A stretch of 19,794 bases of DNA from Tulanevirus 60ahydrpp. Lineage: Duplodnaviria > Heunggongvirae > Uroviricota > Caudoviricetes > Straboviridae. The DNA lies in the IMG/VR virus record IMGVR_UViG_2974724359_000001, positions 1-19,794 of that record. The stretch is one strand, 5' to 3'. This document shows positions 7,568-18,365 of the stretch, piece by piece. The translations under genes were made by a program, and so were the position numbers. Below the pieces are notes generated by a model. That model was not told the DNA's origin. It searched no databases and saw nothing but the letters and a program-made list of their open reading frames with translations. Each line of letters opens with the position of its first letter. The first letter of the stretch is position 1.

Positions 7568-9559
7568 TTATGCTAATTGGGCAGGACCAATTAACTCGTC
7601 AAAGTTAGCACCAGTTGATGTCGCTACAAAGTTCAGAGTGATGTAGTTAATTGAACGAGGAGCTTTGATATAAATCGTAGCTACAAATTCATTACTGTCG
7701 ATAACTTGCGGAGTGTTGTTTGTTGTATCACAGACAACGCGGAAGTCATAAACGCCACCCAGTGACCTGATGTTGTCGAGATATTGCGAAACTTCCATAC
7801 GGAAACTCTGGCGAGTAAATGCATCGTTATTTTCAAACAATTCGTATTTAGAAGTATCACCAATATTTTTCTTCAACATGTTGAAGAGACGACGAACGTT
7901 AATTCGGTCAAATGGAGATGGAACCTGAGTTGCCATTTTGTCTCCAAAGAGAACAAATCCGTCACCGCCGGCAAAACCTGTAACCGGGTTAATTGACACT
8001 TGATACATGGTATCACGCAGCGATTGCTTAGGTTCAATTGCCAGTTTGATGGTGTTGCGAAGTTGGCCGCGACGATATCCAGCAGGGGACATCCATGGAT
8101 GTCCTACTTGATCGGTGTAGGCACACAATCCGGCAATATCGGCAGAAAGAGGAACCCACCGGTTAATATCATTGTATTTGTCATACTGATATTTATAGTT
8201 GCCTGAAATAAAAGCATATGTTGAGCTAATATTCATGTTATTGTCGACAACTTCACCGCCAGATGTCACACCATTTCGCCATTCAACAATATTCTTAACC
8301 GCTTGAGTGGTAGGAACACCGACCAGTAATTCTGACGGAGGATTGACGAATGCTACACAGTCTTGGCGGTCATCAGCGAGAGCAACGACATGTTTCTGGA
8401 CAGTAGATGCAACAGCAGCGCCATCAGATGCACATGCTCCAGCAATCATCAGGTTGACATGCAGAGCTTCTCTGTCGGCAAACAGATCCCAACCAGCAAT
8501 CAATTCATCTGAACCAACAGCATCATTTGCCGAAGCGCCTCCACCGAGCCGGATGATACCGGTAAAGCCAGCAGGCCAATTTACACTAGAAGCATAAATG
8601 AAATTACTGGAACCATTGCGGAAATAGTCGTCCATGAAAATGTTATTTCCATAAACATCTCGATCTCCACGACGGGTGGACAACACTGTGGATTCGACTA
8701 CGATGCCGTCTCGGCGAACAATGATCGCAAATTGGTCATCTGTCATTGGGCCATATTGAATGACGCTTCGTGCATTGCTAGTGCGAGTACCACCAAACGG
8801 GTAAATTGGCTGGGCTGCACCACTTTGGAATGCGGCCTTAGAAATTATTTCAACTTCGACAGTTGAACCGATTTCCCCGGGATAGACGGCTGAAATCAGA
8901 GGCATTCCATATTTGGCAAAATTAGCCAGCACTTTGGTAGAAGTCATAACATCTGGAGCTTCTTCCGAATTACCAAAAGTAACTCCAGAATCAACTACGA
9001 TATTACCCAAGGTTAAAGCAGCAGCAGAACCGCCAGATGCGCCCGATACTTCTGCGCGCCAGTTATTTCCTAAGACAGGATATGTTCCCAGCTGTTTGGC
9101 TTTTGCAATTACTGCAGCTGAAGGAACAAACAAAGCCTTAATTTTACCGTCAGCATCAACTTTAGTTACTTTTCCTTCTTCTGTAACAGTTGTGGTGTTA
9201 TGCTTAATAGAAACGGTATCACCTACGGTATAACCTTGTCCTTCGGTAGTAATTGTTACTTCGATTTGGTTAAACAATGGAGATGCGTTTTTAGCTTGCT
9301 CCATGTCAATTACGCGCACGAGACGAAGATCATTACCATACTGCAAGAAGTTCATAGCACTCATGAAATACGGAGCAGTGACATTGTCTGGGCTACCAAA
9401 CATATCAACCAATTCGACTTCATTTGTTACTTGACGAATTTCATAGGCAGGACCCCATGCGAATTTGCCGACTAATGCGGCACGGCCAGTAGCTGACCGA
9501 ACGACAGTTGAATTGATGGAAGTTTCCTTCATTTCAATGCCAGGGCTCAGAAGTGCCAT
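7568..9559 (-). CDS. 18: Contractile tail sheath protein gp18
   Basis: 663 aa. Motifs MALLSPGIEMKET, GKFAWGPA, YKYQYDKYNDINRWVPL, GDGFVLFGDK, FDRINVRRLF and PRSINYITLNFVATSTGANFDEL. Confidence 0.99.
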   Translation of the reverse strand: MALLSPGIEMKETSINSTVVRSATGRAALVGKFAWGPAYEIRQVTNEVELVDMFGSPDNVTAPYFMSAMNFLQYGNDLRLVRVIDMEQAKNASPLFNQIEVTITTEGQGYTVGDTVSIKHNTTTVTEEGKVTKVDADGKIKALFVPSAAVIAKAKQLGTYPVLGNNWRAEVSGASGGSAAALTLGNIVVDSGVTFGNSEEAPDVMTSTKVLANFAKYGMPLISAVYPGEIGSTVEVEIISKAAFQSGAAQPIYPFGGTRTSNARSVIQYGPMTDDQFAIIVRRDGIVVESTVLSTRRGDRDVYGNNIFMDDYFRNGSSNFIYASSVNWPAGFTGIIRLGGGASANDAVGSDELIAGWDLFADREALHVNLMIAGACASDGAAVASTVQKHVVALADDRQDCVAFVNPPSELLVGVPTTQAVKNIVEWRNGVTSGGEVVDNNMNISSTYAFISGNYKYQYDKYNDINRWVPLSADIAGLCAYTDQVGHPWMSPAGYRRGQLRNTIKLAIEPKQSLRDTMYQVSINPVTGFAGGDGFVLFGDKMATQVPSPFDRINVRRLFNMLKKNIGDTSKYELFENNDAFTRQSFRMEVSQYLDNIRSLGGVYDFRVVCDTTNNTPQVIDSNEFVATIYIKAPRSINYITLNFVATSTGANFDELIGPAQLA
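8190..8197 (-). promoter_or_regulatory. Perfect TATAAATA inside gene 18 (possible internal late promoter)
   Basis: Exact consensus, but it coincides with the conserved NYKYQ codons. Confidence 0.4.
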
Positions 9560-9594
9560 ATTTTGGTTCCTTGGAAGTTAGTTTAACACATGTT

Positions 9595-11896
<2,302 letters not shown>

Positions 11897-11906
11897 AGAG
11901 TATTTC

Positions 11907-12716
11907 CTATTGTGGTCGAGGCGGTGTATTCTGATCGGTATTGTTTGTCCATACTTCCATCGAACTCCCGTCCCAATCTTGAGCTGGCACTGTTTTTGGA
12001 ACAACTTGGTGATCAACTGATTCAAAATGAGTATCTTTGTTTATTTCTCTTTCATTGCCAAAGAAATCAAGATAAATCGTTCTAATTTCACCTGCAATAT
12101 TTTTGGTGTTTGGATATAACCAACCAGTGAAACTAAACATGATTGACCATTCAATACGGCGTCGTTGTTCGCCAGGGCCATCTAGCTGCTCATCAGGCGT
12201 TATGGATGTGATAGTTATATTGATATCGCGCCCTTTAATAATTATTTCGTTGTCATACAATTCAGTTATGGTGCATGAAAAATGCGGCTGAAAATATGGT
12301 AAAATTTGTTCAACTATTTGAAATACATCATCTTCATGCCGGGTCCATATTCCTAGTTCAAACATGAACGTATATGGCACTGGGTTAAATTGCGCCAATG
12401 CTTTCCCATTAGGTTTATTTATCCATTTGTGTTGAGTATTTCCAGTTTTGACCATTGGGTTATATTGCATATCAATCAAATGCAAATTCATTCTAGGAAG
12501 AATTGCTTCAACTTTTGCAATATTGAATTCAGAAGTTGGCATCGTAATATCATCAATAGACATTACAAATTTTTCTTTGCTTGCGTATGTGATAGGAACA
12601 TCTTGAAAATAATGCTGGCCATCCCGAAAACGAGAAACTTGAATATGACCAAAAAGTTCCATTAGCATCAATACGTATCGACGTATTGAGCTGTTATAAA
12701 AATGATTGCCAAACAT
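11907..12716 (-). CDS. 15: Tail sheath stabilizer / tail terminator gp15
   Basis: 269 aa. Motifs [46 protein letters not shown] and RRRIEWS. Confidence 0.96.
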   Translation of the reverse strand: MFGNHFYNSSIRRYVLMLMELFGHIQVSRFRDGQHYFQDVPITYASKEKFVMSIDDITMPTSEFNIAKVEAILPRMNLHLIDMQYNPMVKTGNTQHKWINKPNGKALAQFNPVPYTFMFELGIWTRHEDDVFQIVEQILPYFQPHFSCTITELYDNEIIIKGRDINITITSITPDEQLDGPGEQRRRIEWSIMFSFTGWLYPNTKNIAGEIRTIYLDFFGNEREINKDTHFESVDHQVVPKTVPAQDWDGSSMEVWTNNTDQNTPPRPQ

Positions 12717-13477
12717 TATTGTCCCTCATGCCGCCCAAATGGACTATTAAAACTATTCACCGGGTTCGTGCTAATTGGATCAAACGGCTCTACAAATGGT
12801 CTAGCTTCATTTTGTGCTTGAACATTTTCGCCAAACTCATTGATTTTTTGATCGATAAAACCGTCTAAATTCAATATTGGCTCTAAGTCTAAACCGTTAT
12901 ACGGATCTTCAATTTCAGGTTTTTCCTGGAACTGAGGAGCCAATTTTTCACCAGAGTATATGAATTTCTGAGCAACAATTACTCTGATTGGATTTTTTCC
13001 CATCTGATAAAATGGTGTATAAGGTTCTACCCAGGTTATCTCAAACAGGCTGTTATCCATTGGCAAATAAATCAGATCACCTAGTTTAGGTTCTTTTCCA
13101 TTTACTTGATGTTTGAAAAGGCCTGGGTTGATAGAAATTCTGACTTCATCATTTTGCTGATGGCCGAATTTGGAAAAGAAACTCTGTTGTCCCTCATATG
13201 ACTCAAAGCTATTGAGCCATGCGGCGAATTTCCATGCTTTTTCAAATCTGCTATTTGGGTCTTCTCCAAATAAAAGGTCCAAATTTGTATATTCTCTTTC
13301 GAGATAATAAAATTCCAAGCCTCTCATTTGAATAGATTCTGCAACTAGAGTGTCGTGGAGGGCCTGAGAGCCCTCATACCGATTGAATTTGACATACGGG
13401 TTAAGAATATTTTGCTCATTTGTTTGTTGATATCCGCTTCTATTTTCTAAAGTAGCGAATAGTGACTTATCCATCAT
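12716..13477 (-). CDS. 14: Neck protein gp14
   Basis: 253 aa. Motifs [35 protein letters not shown] and [18 protein letters not shown]. Confidence 0.96.
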   Translation of the reverse strand: MMDKSLFATLENRSGYQQTNEQNILNPYVKFNRYEGSQALHDTLVAESIQMRGLEFYYLEREYTNLDLLFGEDPNSRFEKAWKFAAWLNSFESYEGQQSFFSKFGHQQNDEVRISINPGLFKHQVNGKEPKLGDLIYLPMDNSLFEITWVEPYTPFYQMGKNPIRVIVAQKFIYSGEKLAPQFQEKPEIEDPYNGLDLEPILNLDGFIDQKINEFGENVQAQNEARPFVEPFDPISTNPVNSFNSPFGRHEGQ

Positions 13478-13480
13478 AAT

Positions 13481-14404
13481 TTACCCCATGATAATAGGAG
13501 GAGGCCCATCCAGCAATTCGAGTTCTTGTCTAAGCTTATCGATATCTATTCTAGCTTCTTCAATCAGGCGTATTCCGTCAATTGTTACACCACCTGGAAG
13601 CTGCATACCTTGATGTTTCGCTAAAACTTGGCCGTTTAGTTCTTTCACGAAAGCTGTTGCCATGTCTTTTACCCAGCGATTATTGTATGAATTATCTTTT
13701 GTCATACCGTTGGGTTGGCCTGCATAAATTTGACCATGTGACATATTAGGATTTGCGTATTTTTGCGCCACCGACGGCACGCTATCGTCATCTGACATGG
13801 CAAACCCATATCCAGCCGAAGTTCCTGAAAGCATTGAGTCAACATTCGCATACGATTTGCAGTAAACCTCAAATACCAGCAAATCTCCTTTTTGCAATTT
13901 GCCAGCAACTCTCATCATTTCGGTAGTACTGTTGAAAAAGAAATCAGGCAAAGGAGAAAGCATGTCTCCCATCATGTCTCGATATGACATCAATTGAGTG
14001 AAATATCCGAGATCTGCGCCAAAAGCATTAGGCCCATACCATCGGCATTGGCCGCCAATTGAAGCTCCAGTCATACCCATAACAAAATCAGTAAACCACG
14101 GATAAACAGCCGTGCCGTCCATGGTTATAATTGACCCAATATTGGTTCGAATTACCTGAGTAACTGCAAAAACATTGCCACCTGCAAAACTAATTACACC
14201 AGTTTTAGCTTGTTCTTCGGTTAATACTACTGTTGCATATGTTTTGTGAAATCCATCGTAGTGATATTCACCGTACAATTCAAGAGCTCTAGATATGCAA
14301 TCAAATACTTGTTGCTCTGTTACTTCGACGTGCACGATAGGTGCACCTAGACGTCTAAGTATAGCGTCCTTTAATTCTAACGGGTTATTAGTGGTATATG
14401 ACAT
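13481..14404 (-). CDS. 13: Neck protein gp13
   Basis: 307 aa. Motifs LKDAILRRLGAPIVHVEVT, YGEYHYDG, NNRWVKD and KHQGMQLPGGVTIDG. SD AAGGAG. Confidence 0.97.
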   Translation of the reverse strand: MSYTTNNPLELKDAILRRLGAPIVHVEVTEQQVFDCISRALELYGEYHYDGFHKTYATVVLTEEQAKTGVISFAGGNVFAVTQVIRTNIGSIITMDGTAVYPWFTDFVMGMTGASIGGQCRWYGPNAFGADLGYFTQLMSYRDMMGDMLSPLPDFFFNSTTEMMRVAGKLQKGDLLVFEVYCKSYANVDSMLSGTSAGYGFAMSDDDSVPSVAQKYANPNMSHGQIYAGQPNGMTKDNSYNNRWVKDMATAFVKELNGQVLAKHQGMQLPGGVTIDGIRLIEEARIDIDKLRQELELLDGPPPIIMG

Positions 14405-14421
14405 AAGTGTCTCCTTTATGA

Positions 14422-14429
14422 TATTTAAG
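14422..14429 (-). promoter_or_regulatory. Candidate proximal late promoter for gp13 (CTTAAATA)
   Basis: TAAATA core directly upstream of the gp13 SD. Two mismatches to consensus. Confidence 0.35.
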
Positions 14430-14446
14430 CAAATTATGGCGGAGCC

Positions 14447-14464
14447 TTTCGAGCTAGCTCGAAA
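14447..14464. repeat. Perfect 18-bp palindrome TTTCGAGCTAGCTCGAAA
   Basis: Read directly from the sequence, in the wac-gp13 spacer. Confidence 0.95.
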
Positions 14465-14513
14465 ATTTTATCCTTTTAGTTATAATATCTATTAAGCCAT
14501 AAAGGATAAGTTT

Positions 14514-14521
14514 TATTTACA
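14514..14521 (-). promoter_or_regulatory. Candidate distal late promoter for gp13 (TGTAAATA)
   Basis: One-mismatch -10 box immediately after the wac terminator. Confidence 0.4.
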
Positions 14522-14544
14522 ATAAAGGCTCCCGAAGGAGCCTT
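14520..14544 (-). terminator. Intrinsic terminator after wac
   Basis: AAGGCTCC-TTCG-GGAGCCTT with a C(UUCG)G loop, 4 nt past the wac stop. The U-tract is interrupted (TTTATTGT), so it may be leaky. Confidence 0.8.
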
Positions 14545-14548
14545 GAGA

Positions 14549-16309
14549 TTATGCTGGGACAATAACAGCAGACATTTTGCCGATAGTTATCGATTTAGCT
14601 GAACTTGAGTCAAGTGCTTTGACATAAATTGCGATAGTATCATCCAAAATCACATTGTACAGCCAGTTGCGTGCGTAGAGTCTACCGTTTGATCTCAGGG
14701 TAAATTCTTGCAAATTGGTGTATGATGTAATTCCGCTGCTTGTATGAGCTATTGAGATTTCCAGATTATCTGTTTCTAACAAACCAGATGTTTCAATTTC
14801 GATGCTTGCATTAACTAAACCGCCATCAGTGAATTTGATTTGTCCGGATTCAAATATGCAACCGTTTGCTACGGTCTGATCAAAATCAACAAATGGAATA
14901 ATCTTCGACGTTTCAGTTGTAGTTATTTGAAAATCTTTCTTTTCAACAGCAACCATGATGTTAGTTGCTTTAACCCAAACACCGTTTTCGTAATACCAGC
15001 GCCCTACTGCGAGTGGCTTATCTAACTTGAGTTGAAGAGTTTCACTGCTTTCTTTGACAGTTTTCTTGATACCATCTCTTTCAAGTTGTGTAATTCCGGC
15101 CGCATTTCCATACAAGTCGGTTGACATCAGAACGTTTGCAGCAACAAGACCTGAATTTTCATCACCGACACGTGAAACAACGTCATTCAACGACAAAGAC
15201 ATTTGGTTGTGATTTGTCTGTAAAATGTGCAGTCGTCCATTTATAGATGATGGTTCTTCGATAGAGCCAATAGCGGCATTGATATCTGAAATATCCCCTT
15301 GAATTCCGCTGGAACCGTCTGCCCCTAAAATCTGTGCAATTGTTGCAATATTAGAGGTATTTCGATTAATGTCGTGCAAAATTGTATTTTGCGTATTAAC
15401 ATCACCGATTTTCTGCTCTACTGCTCCAAGACGAGATAACACACCCGTCACAGGGGTATTCATCGTGTTCGCAAGAGAACTCGTCGCACTTTCATTCAAC
15501 GTCACCCTTGACGCTATCGACACAGGGTTGGAAAAATCGATTTTTATCTTGATTTGATCAACGTCATCATTACCACCGCCTAAAGTATTTTCGATAGCGG
15601 TCAATCTGGTATAAATCGGAATTCCTGTCCCACGATTAGTATTTCCGACTTCCATCCTCAAATTATATAAATCAGACGTCAATTGACCTACATCTGACTG
15701 CGCCCATGAATTTTCAAGCGCGGTTATACGCTGAGTGTTTAGAGACACTGTTTGATTTACTTGACTAAACCGATACTTTAATCCCGAACCTGTCGAAGAA
15801 GGAACCGAATTACCGTTTGTGTCGAAGCCTGGATATGCACCTAATTCGGTTTTTATCCAATACAAATCGCCATATACAGTTCGAGTTGTGTTGTCTTTGA
15901 GATATCGATGGCCAAGCTTTTCCGAAGTTGATTCTGAAAGAGAAAGAACACCTGCTAAATTAGTTTCAACCTTGCTAATATCTTGCTTGATAGCTAAAAT
16001 ATCATTAGAATTAGCATTGATTTGGTCAATTATCGTATTATCACCGATTACGCCCAAGTTATCTTGGATAATATTTACCGCATCGACAATCTCATTGATT
16101 TTTAAGAATGACTGGGCTTGGTCTTCGTCTAGCTGAACAACGTTTTGTTGAATATTAAGTGGAGCCCTGTTGTAAACGCCGTCGCTGGATGTCTGGGTGG
16201 AAGCGGCCGAAAGCCGCTCTCCGTTTTTAATCCAACCAATTCGAAGTTGACCATCACCTGGAGTAGTATCAACATAAGGAATGACTCCTTTCGTGATTTT
16301 GTCTATCAT
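14549..16309 (-). CDS. wac: Fibritin (whisker/collar) with C-terminal extension
   Basis: 586 aa. N-terminal IPYVD..GQLRIGWIKNGE..NRAP motif, segmented coiled coil, foldon-like GRWYYENGVWV at about aa 436-446. Sits between 12 and 13. Confidence 0.95.
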   Translation of the reverse strand: MIDKITKGVIPYVDTTPGDGQLRIGWIKNGERLSAASTQTSSDGVYNRAPLNIQQNVVQLDEDQAQSFLKINEIVDAVNIIQDNLGVIGDNTIIDQINANSNDILAIKQDISKVETNLAGVLSLSESTSEKLGHRYLKDNTTRTVYGDLYWIKTELGAYPGFDTNGNSVPSSTGSGLKYRFSQVNQTVSLNTQRITALENSWAQSDVGQLTSDLYNLRMEVGNTNRGTGIPIYTRLTAIENTLGGGNDDVDQIKIKIDFSNPVSIASRVTLNESATSSLANTMNTPVTGVLSRLGAVEQKIGDVNTQNTILHDINRNTSNIATIAQILGADGSSGIQGDISDINAAIGSIEEPSSINGRLHILQTNHNQMSLSLNDVVSRVGDENSGLVAANVLMSTDLYGNAAGITQLERDGIKKTVKESSETLQLKLDKPLAVGRWYYENGVWVKATNIMVAVEKKDFQITTTETSKIIPFVDFDQTVANGCIFESGQIKFTDGGLVNASIEIETSGLLETDNLEISIAHTSSGITSYTNLQEFTLRSNGRLYARNWLYNVILDDTIAIYVKALDSSSAKSITIGKMSAVIVPA

Positions 16310-17703
16310 ATTTTTTCCTCGAGTTTTTCTAATCTGGATTTAAGCTCTTTATTAGCCTCAATCAGTAATGCGATGAGAGACATTGGAGAAACAGTAAGAG
16401 TTCCGTCATCAAGTGTTTTAACACCTTCTGGTAAAACTTTTTGCAATTGCTGAGCAAAAATACCTGCTTCTTTGCCTATCACAGTATCGTCAGTCAAAGA
16501 TTTATGCTTTGTGTAAATCCCGGTGTCAAGGCTATCTATCTTCGCAAGTGCATCTTTGATAGGCCGAATGTCGGTTTTTAACCTGGCATCGCAACGAACA
16601 TACATATCGTTAATGTCGATGTTCCCGGCTAGCCATAAATGACCACCTGGCCTAAGTGTCGCAATTGTGGTATCTACACCACCGGCACGAGTTGTCCATC
16701 TAAAATACTCGTTGTTATTGTCTCCAACAGCAAAAAGCAAATACGAATTCGTGTCAGCGTCACTATCGTTTTTGAATGTTATAGCAGCCAAATCGGTATT
16801 TCTATTCCACAAAATTCCTTGATTGTTTTCTGTGAAATTGATATTACCAGTCATTGTGCCACCTGAGCGATACAACACCTGGGCATTAGCAGAAAGAGCC
16901 GTATTCGCTTGTGAGCTTTCAGTATTAAGAAGGCGAACTAATCCTTTTTGAGTGCTAGTAGCATTCAATACAGCAAGTTTAGCTGGAGTAATAACGACAG
17001 TGTTATCAGCTAATGCTAATGTTTGCGAATTTGTTGCTACTTTAAACAATCCAGCTGAGCTTTCCGTCCCTGCCATTCTTGATAGAGTATATGGACTAAC
17101 AGCATAGCCATCTCTAAGAACTCCTGCTAAAGCTTGAGCCAATGTGGCCAAACGGACAACTCCGTCTGAGCTTTCTGTTGCAGTTCCCCATGATTCTGAA
17201 AAATGTGCAATAGCCTGCTTGGTCTTAAGAGGAGTCATAGCTGTGGTATCGTCGGTGCCAGACAACGCTTGGGCAGTGGTCGATATACGGATTGTTCCTC
17301 TTGCCGCTTCGGTAGAACCTTTATTTGCAATGACATGCCCCAGTTTCGAAGGTGTTATTGCAGCGGTGTCAATAGATAAGGCCAAAGCTTCGGCACTTGT
17401 CGCGTAACGAGTATTACCAACGATGGACTCGGTAGCCTGAGGCGTCTGCATCGCAATTCGCAAAAGATTTGGGGTGATAGCAGTATTGTTACTCGTGCCG
17501 GCTGATGCTTCAGCTTCAGTAGCAATTCGAATGATGCCGGGTACAACCTCAGTTGCTATCGGCAGGCCATTAACAGTTAATGCCCATGGCGCTATTTCAT
17601 TCAATGCGTCTGATACAGTTTCAACTGAACTGGGCCAATCTGGCCCAGAGAAAAATACCGAATCCGCTGAATCCGAAATATGATATTTGATATTGTTATT
17701 CAT
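16306..17703 (-). CDS. 12: Short tail fibre gp12 with C-terminal intramolecular chaperone (Peptidase S74-like) domain
   Basis: 465 aa. T4 gp12-type repeats (GTDDTTAMTPLKT, GVVRLATLAQ, GYAVSPYT) to about aa 280, then a non-T4 C-terminus with CDARLK, EAGIFAQQLQKVLPE and a terminal coiled coil. Confidence 0.93.
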   Translation of the reverse strand: MNNNIKYHISDSADSVFFSGPDWPSSVETVSDALNEIAPWALTVNGLPIATEVVPGIIRIATEAEASAGTSNNTAITPNLLRIAMQTPQATESIVGNTRYATSAEALALSIDTAAITPSKLGHVIANKGSTEAARGTIRISTTAQALSGTDDTTAMTPLKTKQAIAHFSESWGTATESSDGVVRLATLAQALAGVLRDGYAVSPYTLSRMAGTESSAGLFKVATNSQTLALADNTVVITPAKLAVLNATSTQKGLVRLLNTESSQANTALSANAQVLYRSGGTMTGNINFTENNQGILWNRNTDLAAITFKNDSDADTNSYLLFAVGDNNNEYFRWTTRAGGVDTTIATLRPGGHLWLAGNIDINDMYVRCDARLKTDIRPIKDALAKIDSLDTGIYTKHKSLTDDTVIGKEAGIFAQQLQKVLPEGVKTLDDGTLTVSPMSLIALLIEANKELKSRLEKLEEKI

Positions 17704-18365
17704 TAACCAATCCTCTTGAAGTAGTAAAGCTCAAATGGACCGGTTACTGATCCACCAGTAAGAGTTTTTGCCTCTTTACCCATATATTCCCAATTACCAT
17801 ATCCAGGCTTTCCGGGAACAGTAATTTCACGTTGAACAACAATTCCCCAACTGCTAAAACTTTCGATATTCCCATGCTCAGCCGAATCAATGAATTGCAC
17901 TTCTATGATGGGAGTTGTTGTGCCAGATTGTCTTTGAACAGAATAAAATAAAATGCCGGCATCTCGCATTTCTTCAAATTTTGCCAAAACTATGTCGCAT
18001 ACTGCATCAGCGTTAGTTCCGGCGTCAATAATGAAAGGTATGCCATAAACTGTAATGACTGATTTATTAAATTCAGAAGGAAGAACACTTCCGCTAAATG
18101 TAAGCATCTCAGCTTGACGAACACCTTCTGGGGAAACTTGAACATCTGAAGTATATATCGCGTTAATAGGCAACATTGTCAGTGTTTGGAGTTCGTCGAT
18201 AGCTGATTGCACGTTTGGATAGTTCACACCGTTGATAAATGAGTCTACCGTCGGCCCACCTATATTTCGGGCACTCATTACTTGGGTGCCCGGTTTAGTC
18301 AGATACTCAATATGAGTTGCTTTTCTAAAGATGTTGTGTGCACTGTCTAATGTTTTTGAAATCAT
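17703..18365 (-). CDS. 11: Baseplate wedge subunit / short-fibre connector gp11
   Basis: 220 aa from ATG 18365 (TAATG overlap with the gp10 stop). Motifs YPNVQSAIDE, VSPEGVRQ, KPGYGNWEYMG and YYFKRIG. Confidence 0.92.
   Translation of the reverse strand: MISKTLDSAHNIFRKATHIEYLTKPGTQVMSARNIGGPTVDSFINGVNYPNVQSAIDELQTLTMLPINAIYTSDVQVSPEGVRQAEMLTFSGSVLPSEFNKSVITVYGIPFIIDAGTNADAVCDIVLAKFEEMRDAGILFYSVQRQSGTTTPIIEVQFIDSAEHGNIESFSSWGIVVQREITVPGKPGYGNWEYMGKEAKTLTGGSVTGPFELYYFKRIG

Noticed and set aside
11897-12025. 43-aa N-terminal extension of gp16 in the ORF track
   Set aside because: It overlaps the gp15 3' end. ATG 11896 has an AGGA SD and matches the expected gp16 N-terminus.
16864-17570. Repeated AT-x4-G-x3-AT motifs in gp12
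   Set aside because: These are the known gp12/gp34-type shaft repeats, not a new repeat system.
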